Virus record (IMG/VR): IMGVR_UViG_3300035190_001334
Span: 32,001-96,000 of that record
Source of the DNA: a virus
Length of the DNA stretch: 64,000 bases
Reading direction: 5' to 3' (one strand)
In this document: in pieces, positions 10,609-20,084 of the stretch
How the letters are laid out: each line of letters opens with the position of its first letter
Numbering within the stretch: position 1 is the first letter of the stretch
Translations under genes and position numbers: made by a program
Notes under the pieces: generated by a model
Databases searched by the model: none
What the model was told of the DNA's origin: nothing
What the model saw: only the letters and a program-made list of their open reading frames with translations

Positions 10609-10752
10609 ATGCGTCCTGATAAAAGTAAAAGATTGAATGTGAAATTGTCCGTAAAAAGACACGAAAAATTAGTAAAGTATGCCGAGTCTCAAGATAAAGA
10701 TATGACCTCTGTTATTGAGTGTTTTATTGATTCTCTTCCCAACATAGAATAA
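10609..10752 (+). CDS. Ribbon-helix-helix-like small DNA-binding protein (not in ORF track)
   Basis: MRPDKSKRLNVKLSVKRHEKLVKYAESQDKDMTSVIECFIDSLPNIE; paralog of 21688..21834; divergent from the GIY-YIG gene. Confidence 0.75.
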   Translation: MRPDKSKRLNVKLSVKRHEKLVKYAESQDKDMTSVIECFIDSLPNIE

Positions 10753-10755
10753 ACG

Positions 10756-11502
10756 ATGCCAGATTTCACCTTCCCTAAAATCTCAGGTTACGAGTTCCTT
10801 GCGCCCCGCAACCAAGTGAGCTTCCCCTTTCAAACAATCTTTGCTGCTGATGACTTTGCCTTACACGATAGCTTAAACGGTTCGTATGATAAACATTTCC
10901 CCCTTTATACCCTTACCAACATAAAAAATGCAGGTAGCGACTGGCGACCCAGCATCAACCTTATCAGCGCCACAGGAACTGAAAAAAAACTAACAGGCGC
11001 ACTCACACCAATAATCTACAAAGACAAAATCAACAGGCGAGAATATGGTCGCAAAGAACAGGTGCATCCCCAACTTGGCAACAGTAAACTAGTCTTGAAC
11101 CGCATATACTACCGAGAATTTCTGATACCTAAATTTGACCCTCGATATTCCTTAATTATCGATAAAAAGTTCATCACCAACACAATTCAAAGACCAGCAG
11201 AGCAAGCTATAGACATCGGTAAAGCCACTTCTAGCGTCCTAGAGGCGTTTCCAAGAGGTAGTCTCGTCAAATACTCCAACTATTACTGGAGATGCCTTAA
11301 AGCCACTAAAGCCTACCCTACAGCTACCGATTCTGACTGGCAGCAACTTCCTGAACGACAATCCATTTTCACTGCTGACATTTACTCAATTTTTGGCAGT
11401 GATGTGCAATATTTGCAAACTTACAGCGAAGACCGTAATTTTCGACCTGAACAACAAGATACCTCTCTGGTTACATATAATGTTTCGTGCTTTTATGGTT
11501 AG
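10756..11502 (+). CDS. Hypothetical protein with a small carbohydrate-binding-like module
   Basis: FPRGSLVKYSNYYWRCLKA...P...SDWQQL resembles CBM5/12-type aromatic modules. Confidence 0.5.
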   Translation: MPDFTFPKISGYEFLAPRNQVSFPFQTIFAADDFALHDSLNGSYDKHFPLYTLTNIKNAGSDWRPSINLISATGTEKKLTGALTPIIYKDKINRREYGRKEQVHPQLGNSKLVLNRIYYREFLIPKFDPRYSLIIDKKFITNTIQRPAEQAIDIGKATSSVLEAFPRGSLVKYSNYYWRCLKATKAYPTATDSDWQQLPERQSIFTADIYSIFGSDVQYLQTYSEDRNFRPEQQDTSLVTYNVSCFYG

Positions 11503-11510
11503 ATAGAGAT

Positions 11511-11609
11511 ATGATTACAATAATTTTGATTGTGTTAGCAGTGCTTGGCGCTGGAGTTAGGATTTACTTCTACAAAGAAATTTTAGATTTAATTGAGAAA
11601 AATAAATGA
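11511..11609 (+). CDS. 32-aa single-pass membrane peptide
   Basis: MITIILIVLAVLGAGVRIYFYKEILDLIEKNK; overlaps (ATGA) a further 18-aa hydrophobic ORF at 11606..11662. Confidence 0.4.
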   Translation: MITIILIVLAVLGAGVRIYFYKEILDLIEKNK

Positions 11610-11699
11610 TTACTTGGATTTTGGCTGTTTGGCAACTTATGAAGTTTGTTCCTTGGAGATAATATACTTCTTAAGATAGATATACATAAGTGTATATTG

Positions 11700-11708
11700 T
11701 GCTATATT
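11700..11708 (+). promoter_or_regulatory. Extended -10 element for the tRNA array
   Basis: TGCTATATT ends 7 nt before the first tRNA. Confidence 0.5.
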
Positions 11709-11715
11709 GAAAATA

Positions 11716-11793
11716 AGCAGAGATTAAGCTATGATGCGCTTCTGAGTCTCATAAACTTTTGCATATTGGGTTTGAATCCCAACTCTGCTACCA
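11716..11793 (+). tRNA. tRNA-Met(CAT)-like, degenerate D arm, encoded CCA
   Basis: Acceptor AGCAGAG/CTCTGCT-A-CCA, loop CTCATAA, T arm TTGGG-TTTGAAT-CCCAA. Confidence 0.55.
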
Positions 11794-11796
11794 AAA

Positions 11797-11868
11797 CCGA
11801 AAGTAATTCATTGGTAGAAGTGCCGCCTTGGACGCGGAGAGTAGTTAGTTCGATTCTAACCTTTCGGA
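11797..11868 (+). tRNA. tRNA-Pro(TGG)
   Basis: CCGAAAG/CTTTCGG acceptor, CCGC-CTTGGAC-GCGG anticodon arm, GTTAG-TTCGATT-CTAAC T arm. Confidence 0.8.
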
Positions 11869-11870
11869 TT

Positions 11871-11953
11871 GGCTTGATTGCCAAAACAAAACACCCTTCC
11901 GAGTGTCTCGGATTGCTTAGTGAAAGTGGCAGCTTCAACGCTGCATCAAGCCT
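11871..11953 (+). pseudogene. tRNA-like element of unclear identity
   Basis: Acceptor GGCTTGA/TCAAGCC and T-arm-like GCAGC-TTCAAC-GCTGC are present, but there is no D arm and the anticodon arm is aberrant (TCCGAG-TGT-CTCGGA). Confidence 0.5.
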
Positions 11954-12005
11954 AATATTGGTTTGGTTCCCACAGGTGGTCATGGAAACTAATATTGGTG
12001 TTCAT

Positions 12006-12078
12006 GCGGCTTTAACTCAGAGGCAGAGTGCTTCGCTTCCAACGAAGAAGTCGGTGATTTCAAAATTCCCAAGCCGCT
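12006..12078 (+). tRNA. tRNA-Gly(TCC), imperfect T arm
   Basis: GCGGCTT/AAGCCGC acceptor; CTTCG-CTTCCAA-CGAAG. Confidence 0.75.
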
Positions 12079-12081
12079 TAA

Positions 12082-12153
12082 TCCTAATTAGCTTAATGGT
12101 AAAGCGTCATTCTGTTAAAATGAAAGATTTTAGTTCGAGTCTAAAATTAGGAG
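12082..12153 (+). tRNA. tRNA-Asn(GTT)
   Basis: TCCTAAT/ATTAGGA acceptor; TCATT-CTGTTAA-AATGA; GTTCGAGT T loop. Confidence 0.85.
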
Positions 12154-12156
12154 TCT

Positions 12157-12228
12157 GGGTAATTCGCTCAGTGGGAGAGCATACGGCTTTTAACCGTACA
12201 TTCCTGAGTTCAAATCTCAGATAACCCT
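12157..12228 (+). tRNA. tRNA-Lys(TTT)
   Basis: TACGG-CTTTTAA-CCGTA anticodon arm; CTGAG-TTCAAAT-CTCAG T arm. Confidence 0.85.
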
Positions 12229-12306
12229 TTGTGCTTAGCTCAGTTGGATTAGAGCATTGAGTTTCTACCTCAAGAGTCGCTGGTTCGAGTCCAGCAGCAC
12301 AAGCCA
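12229..12306 (+). tRNA. tRNA-Arg(TCT) with encoded CCA
   Basis: TTGTGCT/AGCACAA-G-CCA; TTGAG-TTTCTAC-CTCAA; GCTGG-TTCGAGT-CCAGC. Confidence 0.9.
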
Positions 12307-12309
12307 AAT

Positions 12310-12381
12310 GCCCAAATAGCTCAGTGGGAGAGCAGTGGTTTTGTAAACCAAAGGTTGTCAGTCCGAATCTGACTTTGGGCT
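12310..12381 (+). tRNA. tRNA-Thr(TGT)
   Basis: GCCCAAA/TTTGGGC acceptor; TGGT-TTTGTAA-ACCA; GTCAG-TCCGAAT-CTGAC. Confidence 0.8.
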
Positions 12382-14309
12382 TAATCCTTAATTTCAATAT
12401 TTTCTCGCCCATTCTCCACAAAGCCGCTTGGGAAGAGCGACGGCTGTTCCCCTAGCTCTGCTTGCTGTTCAGGGTTTGGCGCGAACACCAGAAGTGATTC
12501 CGAGTCATTTGCAGCAATAGGTCTGTACCCAATATTGTAAGTACTAATTCCTCCAGCACCAAAGCTCCCTAATATCTGATTGTAGACGTTTATATAAGCG
12601 TTCTGGCTATTAAGTGCATTTGGGGGATAGAAGCCTGACACAGCCGCAAAACCCGACTGAGGTATTGTAACTGAGCTATCGTAATACCTATCGCCAGAGG
12701 ACGAATTACTAACAACTCTACGTGGATTTACTTGATAGTAGTAACAGCCATCGTGCGAAAATAGTGGCGGCATCGAGTATTTCAACACAAACTCAAAAAT
12801 ACCTTGCCTGACAGCAAAAAAGCCACTCTCAGGGTTTATTGGCGTACTCCAAGTAGTCATAGCTCTATTGGGTATGTCCGTCTTTATGAGCGCACCATAA
12901 GGGTTAGTACCATCTACGAATAGCTGCCCTTTCATTTTTTCACCTGTAAGACGATTAATACCGTAAGTGAACTGATTTTTAACTGTTGGGTAGACATCTA
13001 AAATTTTTCCATAAGCCCACCAATACTGATATCCCCAAGAATAACTAACGCCCCTCTCACCTTGCGCGTGTTTGATGTCATAAGGTTGCTCAATTTTTCC
13101 TTCTGCCATGCCCATATCAAGTCGCAGCATATTTACACCTTCCTTAGAAGCCGCTAGTACTCCAAAAGGATTAGGTCGCAACACATTTGATTCTTGCTTA
13201 TATTTGTGTAAACTGAATCTAGCTTCATCAGTCCCGTAGTCAGGGTCTTTTCGCTTAGATGCAAGTCGATAGTTGGTATTTCCGACATAAGTGGCTTGGG
13301 AGTTGCAGGTTTCAGTGATTGTTTTTTGAGTCAGGTAATTAGCTGACATTTCAGGACGCAAACACAAGTCAAGGGCATAGTTCGAGTTCCTTTTCTGCAC
13401 AAGTACCGAAGTTTCGTCAAAAGCTTGTTGGTCAAATTGCACGGAGGCATTTCTACTGCGTTTCCTAAGTACTGACTGCCCTCTGCACCAAGTAAATGAA
13501 TATGTTGGTGTAACACTGTAGGAAACAACCGTAACACCTAATCTTGACTTACCGTTACTGATTTGCTTATATCTGCTATCATCTCTCGGCGCAAACCCGT
13601 AAACAGGAATTTTGTCGTCTGAGTCGATAGCTAAAGCGCCCCAAATACCTCCCCCCAAGTATTTAAGTGACTCCAGAGAGAAATTCTCCTTGAAACAACT
13701 AGGAACTCCAGTATCATCAAGGTTAAGCTCATATACTGTCTTTTCTGTAACAGCTATTCCGTCGTTAGCTGGTGATATGTCTGCGTTGTCGATAGTAACC
13801 AAACGCCAGTCCACATCTTTTAAGCCATATTGCCTAGTAACAACAGATTTAACATAGGCAAGATGTACAGACCACCCTTCTCGGTTTCTAGAGTTTGCTG
13901 TGACGTAAGCGCGAATTTGGGTCTGGTAGCTATCACAGAAAAAAGTGAAGATTGGTTCGTTAACGCCGTACAGGTCTTCATCGACGAAAACTGAGAAGTA
14001 GTTGATAAGGTCTTCTTCTGTCTCTGGGAACTTAACTGGCGCTGGCAGAGGGAATTGGGCTAGCACAGCGCTTCTCTCTAGGTTGGCTTGAGCTATACGC
14101 AATCTAGCAGTTACTGTTTCAAGTGACAACCCTTCAAGTTTGCGAACAGTCACAAGTTTAAAGAGCGACTCATTGGATGTTTTTTGCTTTGTTCGTTTTT
14201 GTACTTTCGTATCTACCGTCGATTGGTTGGAAACTAGAAGCCACTCATTCGTCTGGCTTTCTTGTAACCAAATTTTTCCTGTGGAATCACGTTTAATAAA
14301 TCTTCCCAT
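12381..14309 (-). CDS. Hypothetical 642-aa protein (possibly virion)
   Basis: Long ORF coupled to 14309..15055; no motif recognised. Confidence 0.6.
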   Translation of the reverse strand: MGRFIKRDSTGKIWLQESQTNEWLLVSNQSTVDTKVQKRTKQKTSNESLFKLVTVRKLEGLSLETVTARLRIAQANLERSAVLAQFPLPAPVKFPETEEDLINYFSVFVDEDLYGVNEPIFTFFCDSYQTQIRAYVTANSRNREGWSVHLAYVKSVVTRQYGLKDVDWRLVTIDNADISPANDGIAVTEKTVYELNLDDTGVPSCFKENFSLESLKYLGGGIWGALAIDSDDKIPVYGFAPRDDSRYKQISNGKSRLGVTVVSYSVTPTYSFTWCRGQSVLRKRSRNASVQFDQQAFDETSVLVQKRNSNYALDLCLRPEMSANYLTQKTITETCNSQATYVGNTNYRLASKRKDPDYGTDEARFSLHKYKQESNVLRPNPFGVLAASKEGVNMLRLDMGMAEGKIEQPYDIKHAQGERGVSYSWGYQYWWAYGKILDVYPTVKNQFTYGINRLTGEKMKGQLFVDGTNPYGALIKTDIPNRAMTTWSTPINPESGFFAVRQGIFEFVLKYSMPPLFSHDGCYYYQVNPRRVVSNSSSGDRYYDSSVTIPQSGFAAVSGFYPPNALNSQNAYINVYNQILGSFGAGGISTYNIGYRPIAANDSESLLVFAPNPEQQAELGEQPSLFPSGFVENGRENIEIKD

Positions 14310-15055
14310 TATGCAATAGGAATTTTTGTAGAAACTGGAGATTGTGTTGCAAATTTATTACGAATATATCTTGCGCCTTTAGTGATGCCAGTTCCATCTG
14401 CTGTGGCACGACCAGCAGCACCTAGAAATGCCCCTGTAACTGCACCTTGAGCGCCACGTCCAATCATCTTGCCAACCCGACCTAAGCCAGATGTATTAGC
14501 CATCTCTTCTTCTGACTCTCCAAGACCGCCTCCTTTAGCCAATCCCGCACCAAGACCGACAAGACTGCCAATTTTAGCTGCTCCGCCAATGCCGAAATTT
14601 GCAAAATGCTGGAAATTACCTGAAAATCCTCCATATTGACCAGTTTGGAATTGTTGTTGACTTTTCCAATTTCCGACACTCATCTTCTTGCGAACCACAC
14701 CTCCTGCATCATAAAATTCATCAGGAGCAAGAGGTTTTTGACCGTTTCTAGGCGCTTGTTGCTTGCTAAGACCTCTACCTACCGATTGCGATGCCAAAGC
14801 TTCTGTACGTGCGTCTGGAGCAGTGCCATATTTAATATTTGCAGAACGTTGGTCGCGAGTTAATGAAAATGGCGAGTTATTTAGCTTCTGATTGCCAATG
14901 GCAGCTACATTTTTCTGGTTGAAAGCATCTATAACACCTTGCTTTGTTTTAGGTTGATTAGCAAATTGTTGACCTTTGTTTTTCAAAGTGTTTAGTACTG
15001 CTTGACCTTGAGTAGCCAAGTTTTTAAAGAAGAAGTCGGAGGTTTGGTATGCCAT
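14309..15055 (-). CDS. Glycine-zipper protein with ANF motif; putative internal virion protein
   Basis: FSGNFQHFANF followed by the module IGSLVGLGAGLAKGGGLGESEEEMANTSGLGRVGKMIG. Confidence 0.65.
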   Translation of the reverse strand: MAYQTSDFFFKNLATQGQAVLNTLKNKGQQFANQPKTKQGVIDAFNQKNVAAIGNQKLNNSPFSLTRDQRSANIKYGTAPDARTEALASQSVGRGLSKQQAPRNGQKPLAPDEFYDAGGVVRKKMSVGNWKSQQQFQTGQYGGFSGNFQHFANFGIGGAAKIGSLVGLGAGLAKGGGLGESEEEMANTSGLGRVGKMIGRGAQGAVTGAFLGAAGRATADGTGITKGARYIRNKFATQSPVSTKIPIA

Positions 15056-15097
15056 TATTTAATTGGTAGTGAAAGTCTTTACTCTAGTTTATCATTG

Positions 15098-18000
15098 CTA
15101 GTTTTTCGGCAAAGGTAAATTTGGAGGGAGAAAGTCAGTAGTGTACCGAGATTGACCTAGCGTGACTCTGAATGATTGAATATATCCTGAAAAATTGGTT
15201 ATGCTATAACCAATATTTAAATTTTCCGTCCAATTCATATTTATATTCTTAGTTTTGTCGCGAAGCTCTCCCTCGACAAAAAGACGAGAGTAGCCATTTT
15301 TATTCGTAAGAGCTAAATGGAACCACTTTTTCGGTTCTATGTCTTCAGCAACCATCGGACTTGTATAGTTCGGTTGGCTCTTGTAACAGCGAATGGTCGC
15401 CTCATCATTGAATGCAAATATTCTGGGATTATGTTGACCTGAAGACAAAATACCTTGCAAAATTGAATCAGAATTATATGAACTACCGCTTAAAGAGTTT
15501 ACATCACCTACTATCGGCTCTGGAACATACTCAACCGCATCTGCTGCGCTCCCAATCACTATATTGTTGCTCCGAGTAAATAATCCCGAAACGGCTTGGA
15601 TACTTGTGTTGAAAGTGCTGGATAACGAGGTGTAAACTTTATACCCTATACTTCCTGCACGTTTTTGCCACTCCGCAACAAACCCATTAGCTCCCTTAAC
15701 TCTATTTTCTGCCACTTCTGGAGATTCAATCGCTGAATCACTAGTAACCGAAACGCTATTAACATCGCCAACCAATTTATTGTCAAATCCATCTACTTTC
15801 CTTGAAAAATCACTCGTATTTGATATATCAACAACATAATCAGTAGCTCCAACAATATCGCTCCAACTAATATCAAACGATGTAGGAGTAACCGACGATG
15901 CAGGGCTTGCAATAGGGGCAGAAAGAGAGAATGTGGTCAGCGAGGATAAATAGATGTAGAACTCAATGCAATAGTCCTGATTGGCGCTCAGTGGCTGCTG
16001 AAGCGTGGCAACAATGCTTGAACCCTGACCATTAAACCGCATAGACTTTAACAAGCCAGTAGGATACTCATCTCCGACTACATCGACATTATTTACTGCA
16101 AGTGTGACCTCATACTGGCTCTCGTCAACGATATTCGTTCCAGTGGGTTGAAGCAGCAGCAATGTTTGGTTGTAGTACGGGTCGGGCAAATAATCAGGAA
16201 CCACAGCAGTCCTAGTAAGTGTGTTTGACGCTTGATTCAAAGTGCCAATTGCCGATGCGACCGTATTTGCCGCCACTGAGACTGAAAAAGTACCACTTGT
16301 GAGCGCCTGAATTTCAAACGAGTAGCTATTGTTGTTACTTGCCTTGAGAAGACCACCCACAATACAATTAGTCAGTGTCAGAGCCGCCAAACTGAAGGCT
16401 GGAGCATCTTTGTTGAGAGTAACTGTCGCATATAGCTTGTAGCTGTTATCGTTAGACTGAGTAGTGGCAAAAACAATAGTGAAAGGACTATTCTCTACAA
16501 AAACGGCTGTATTGTTGGTAGTTGCGCTGAAATCCTTGTTTGGTAAGCTTGGCTCATTGTGAATTGCTATGTTGAAGTACACTTTCTGGTCAGTTACTTC
16601 GTTTTCCAATAATAGCGTTGCAACATAAGTGTTGTACTGAGTATTCACAACGTCAGCAGATTGCCCTAGAATCGTCACTACAGGCAAGTTAGTAAGCTCG
16701 ATGATGCTATTGAAGGTCAGCGACAGTGTATTGCCATTGACAGCCTTATTTGACACGTAGTTGTCCGATACCAATGAAATGTAGTCGAGCAATTCTGTTA
16801 CATCAAGAATATTTGTAACAAGTGGGTATGGTATTAGAGGTACATCGTGTTGGTAAGCTGTGTAGAGAGCTTTTCCAACTGTGAGGCGTAAGTTCGACAA
16901 AAAGTACGGTGCTTGAGTGACGCGATTTTTGTAGTAGCCAATTTTTAGGTCGCCACTAGAGATGTTGATAACATTACCTGACTGCACAAGCCCAATTCGT
17001 ACTCCATTACGATAAAACCGATAGACATTGCCTTTTTTCGTAATTGCAAAATGAGGGAATTTCTGCTGTAAGGTGTATGCTCCATTCTCGTATGCTGGAT
17101 AAACTGGATTGTTACCTGAAAATACGTCTGTCTCAGCTAAAGTAACCCCAGAGAACAAGCTAGTAGGTAAGTCGATGCTTCGAGCCATGACTATGTTGCC
17201 ATTAACCGCTAGAACTGCAAAACCAAAACCAGACTTCTCGACAGAAAAGAGATGAGCTGTATTCTGAGGGCTAAAAGTGTTGCCGCGATAGTGAAATTCG
17301 ATAGTCCAATCCCCAGTAAGCACTAACGATGAACTTTGACCAATGGCTTCAAAATTATCGTAAGTCAGTCCAGACTGCTCTAATTGAGGCACTACCGCCA
17401 AAGAACTATCTGTACCTATAGGAAACACCGTAGAAGAAAATAACGTGTTGTTGGTGACTATTTCAGCTAGTTGATATTGGTTTGGTGAAACATCATTGAT
17501 TGTGGTTGATAACTGAAAAGGTAGTTGCAAAATTGGGAAAGATTCAGCATAAATCCGTGCAAGCAAGTTACTTTTTGATGAGCTAATGTTAGAGTCCGTT
17601 ATACCAGCACCTTCTAGCGCCTGAACATACACCACACCTTGTTTTTCGGGAGTTATGTTGAATTGGTAAGTCTGCTTCAACTCGTCAATCAAATTTAGGT
17701 TGGACAAAACGCCATTTGAAACACCTATTTTGCTAATGTCGAACGTAGTGATAGCTGCATCCCAAGTAATTGTGCAACTGAAAGCTTCGTTAATGTAAGG
17801 GCTTGAACCGCTTGTTATGGTGGGTACAGGTGCATTTTTGTTGATGACATACGATTGACCTTCAAAGCTTAACTCACCTGTGTAATTCGATATAAGTGTT
17901 GAGATGCCTTTATATCTGACCGTTCTCCTATCTACAAAATTTAAGCCTAGTTTGCCATTACCAGTTCCAGTTGTGGCTGTAACAACGTACTCAAGCTCGT

Positions 18001-20029
18001 TATTTTTGACAATGGTAGTCAGTGCCGCGCCAGCCACACCTTCTATCTGAGAAAGGCTAAAATCCGCAAGAACCAAGTTATCAACTGCTTGTGCAAGGTA
18101 AACATACCACTGACAAGTGCTGGTGCTAATAGATGGGGTAGTGACGACAGTAACAATAGCCAAAATTCGTGCTTTGGGGTGGGTCAGCACGTTAGTTGTC
18201 AAAGGCAGAGGTTGTAGGCAGTGATTATAGAAATAGTCGTTAGGGACGGTCGAACTTACAAAGCGGTTGGCATTGGTGACGCGCAAACCCTTAACACCTA
18301 AAGTTCTTGTAGCCCCTCCACTAGATGATACCCAAGGCTGATACAGACTGCCAAATTTAAGTTCGAGTTTGTTTGTCTCTTGATACAGAGTGCCAGCGTA
18401 GGCAACCGTTTTTACATTGACTCCGTTGATATAGAAGTACAAAAAGCCGTCTTCCCTTGAAACAGCTAAATGAGTGTTAGGTTCGCCAAAAACCGACGCA
18501 ATTTTCACTGTGCTGGTAGTGATATTAGAGTTGATGGAGCCATTGTTGTAGAAAAGAATGTCTGTGCTAGGTAAAACGTAATCGGTCAAAGTACTGCCCC
18601 GTCGAGTTACTAAGTTGCCAGTTTCAGAGCTAAAAGTCTTCCAATTAATGCCATCTTCGCTGCAACTAAAGCTGAGATATGCCCCAAGCCTTCTGCTACT
18701 ATTTTGTAAGTCAGAGTAAAAGCTAAAGTCAATGCTGGCAACTAGTTTGTTATTAGAGGTGAGCGACAGCAGATTAACCTTTTCAACACCATCTGTATCT
18801 GAAATATTGAGACTTAGCCATTCCTCTAAAGTTTTGTTCTGCAAAAGACCAGCATTATTCTCAAAAAGACCAAGATAAAGCTCCATAGTCCATCGGGAAG
18901 TAGATAAATTGGTCGTAATCTGCTCAGAGGTGTAAGTGGTGTTGCCTTCAAGTTCTAAGAAGCCGCTATTGAAGTTTGGTACTTTCTTGCGTAGCTCTGT
19001 GTTACTAAGTCGCTTGAAATTTGGTGCATAGTTGTAGGCATCAAACTGTAGAGGGAAATTGAACAAAGTATCTGCATAACTAGCATCAACTCTGTTAGCT
19101 ACAGCGTTTTTTGGCAGTGGTAGTGTGTAATTGTAGAAAGAGGAAGGATATCTAGAGACAGTTTTGGTGATTCTGAAGTTGGAGATGCCGCCACTAAAAC
19201 TTGCATCAATCATATTGGTCGAAATAAAACCAATCAGTGAGTCAGCAAGAAGTGGCGCTCCCAAAGAAAGCCTTGTTAGCGCAGTGTCAGCGTTGTCAGC
19301 AGCATTGAAAGTTAAGTTGTAGGAAAAAGCGTAGATGTTTGTTTGTGTGAAATTGATGTAAGTTTTTAGTTGATTAGCTTCCCTGACAATTGCGACTGTG
19401 TAAAACTGATTGACGGCTATTGGTGAGGTGTTTATTTTGAAGGTCGCACCTTTAGAGTAGAAATAAAGGTCTGTGTTCAGTAAAAATAGTCCGTAGCCGT
19501 TGGTGCTATTGTTACCAGTAGAAATAATTGGTGTTTGTCTGTAATCACCTGCATTGATTTGTATACAAGCCCCCATACCAAAAACAGTTTGAACTGGGTA
19601 AATTGTGTCTACATAAAAAGACAAGTCAATAGTGAAATTATCCGTACCTAAACTAAACCCCTCAGAATATCCACTTAGTTGCACATCACAGTAGCTTGGC
19701 TTGACTAACGATTCACCTTGCCCTAGATTAAGTTCCGCAGCCCTACTGATGCGATTTACTGCGTTTGGGATGCGTAGACATGAACTGACACCTGCAAGAG
19801 TCGGTATTCCTGTGGTTGGGTAATTTATTGCAGAATCGATGCTTGTTCCAGTGAAATTTTTGACATGGCGCTGAAAACGTGAATAATCACGGCTAAATGG
19901 CAGACCTCGGCTGTTATCGCTGGCGCTTCCTGAGATGAGCAAGATAACGTCATTGAAATATACGTCCTCGACCACAGAGTTAGTGGCATCAGCGCTTGCT
20001 AGGTATTTTGCGAGAGTCTTTCCTTCCAT
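15098..20029 (-). CDS. Giant multi-LamG / Ig-like / FN3 fibre or adhesin
   Basis: Four LamG-like units (FTIDLSF, WTMELY, WTIEFHY, YCIEFYI; endings such as FRITK..SRY and FRVTLGQSRY) separated by Ig-like and FN3-like segments. Confidence 0.75.
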   Translation of the reverse strand: MEGKTLAKYLASADATNSVVEDVYFNDVILLISGSASDNSRGLPFSRDYSRFQRHVKNFTGTSIDSAINYPTTGIPTLAGVSSCLRIPNAVNRISRAAELNLGQGESLVKPSYCDVQLSGYSEGFSLGTDNFTIDLSFYVDTIYPVQTVFGMGACIQINAGDYRQTPIISTGNNSTNGYGLFLLNTDLYFYSKGATFKINTSPIAVNQFYTVAIVREANQLKTYINFTQTNIYAFSYNLTFNAADNADTALTRLSLGAPLLADSLIGFISTNMIDASFSGGISNFRITKTVSRYPSSFYNYTLPLPKNAVANRVDASYADTLFNFPLQFDAYNYAPNFKRLSNTELRKKVPNFNSGFLELEGNTTYTSEQITTNLSTSRWTMELYLGLFENNAGLLQNKTLEEWLSLNISDTDGVEKVNLLSLTSNNKLVASIDFSFYSDLQNSSRRLGAYLSFSCSEDGINWKTFSSETGNLVTRRGSTLTDYVLPSTDILFYNNGSINSNITTSTVKIASVFGEPNTHLAVSREDGFLYFYINGVNVKTVAYAGTLYQETNKLELKFGSLYQPWVSSSGGATRTLGVKGLRVTNANRFVSSTVPNDYFYNHCLQPLPLTTNVLTHPKARILAIVTVVTTPSISTSTCQWYVYLAQAVDNLVLADFSLSQIEGVAGAALTTIVKNNELEYVVTATTGTGNGKLGLNFVDRRTVRYKGISTLISNYTGELSFEGQSYVINKNAPVPTITSGSSPYINEAFSCTITWDAAITTFDISKIGVSNGVLSNLNLIDELKQTYQFNITPEKQGVVYVQALEGAGITDSNISSSKSNLLARIYAESFPILQLPFQLSTTINDVSPNQYQLAEIVTNNTLFSSTVFPIGTDSSLAVVPQLEQSGLTYDNFEAIGQSSSLVLTGDWTIEFHYRGNTFSPQNTAHLFSVEKSGFGFAVLAVNGNIVMARSIDLPTSLFSGVTLAETDVFSGNNPVYPAYENGAYTLQQKFPHFAITKKGNVYRFYRNGVRIGLVQSGNVINISSGDLKIGYYKNRVTQAPYFLSNLRLTVGKALYTAYQHDVPLIPYPLVTNILDVTELLDYISLVSDNYVSNKAVNGNTLSLTFNSIIELTNLPVVTILGQSADVVNTQYNTYVATLLLENEVTDQKVYFNIAIHNEPSLPNKDFSATTNNTAVFVENSPFTIVFATTQSNDNSYKLYATVTLNKDAPAFSLAALTLTNCIVGGLLKASNNNSYSFEIQALTSGTFSVSVAANTVASAIGTLNQASNTLTRTAVVPDYLPDPYYNQTLLLLQPTGTNIVDESQYEVTLAVNNVDVVGDEYPTGLLKSMRFNGQGSSIVATLQQPLSANQDYCIEFYIYLSSLTTFSLSAPIASPASSVTPTSFDISWSDIVGATDYVVDISNTSDFSRKVDGFDNKLVGDVNSVSVTSDSAIESPEVAENRVKGANGFVAEWQKRAGSIGYKVYTSLSSTFNTSIQAVSGLFTRSNNIVIGSAADAVEYVPEPIVGDVNSLSGSSYNSDSILQGILSSGQHNPRIFAFNDEATIRCYKSQPNYTSPMVAEDIEPKKWFHLALTNKNGYSRLFVEGELRDKTKNINMNWTENLNIGYSITNFSGYIQSFRVTLGQSRYTTDFLPPNLPLPKN

Positions 20030-20084
20030 CAGACCATTATAACTTGCTGGCGCTCATTTCTTTCTGTCTACGAACGTCAGTGAG

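Noticed and set aside
11646-12421. ORFs 11646..12224, 11729..11983 and 12107..12421
   Set aside because: They overlap the tRNA array and are shadow frames.
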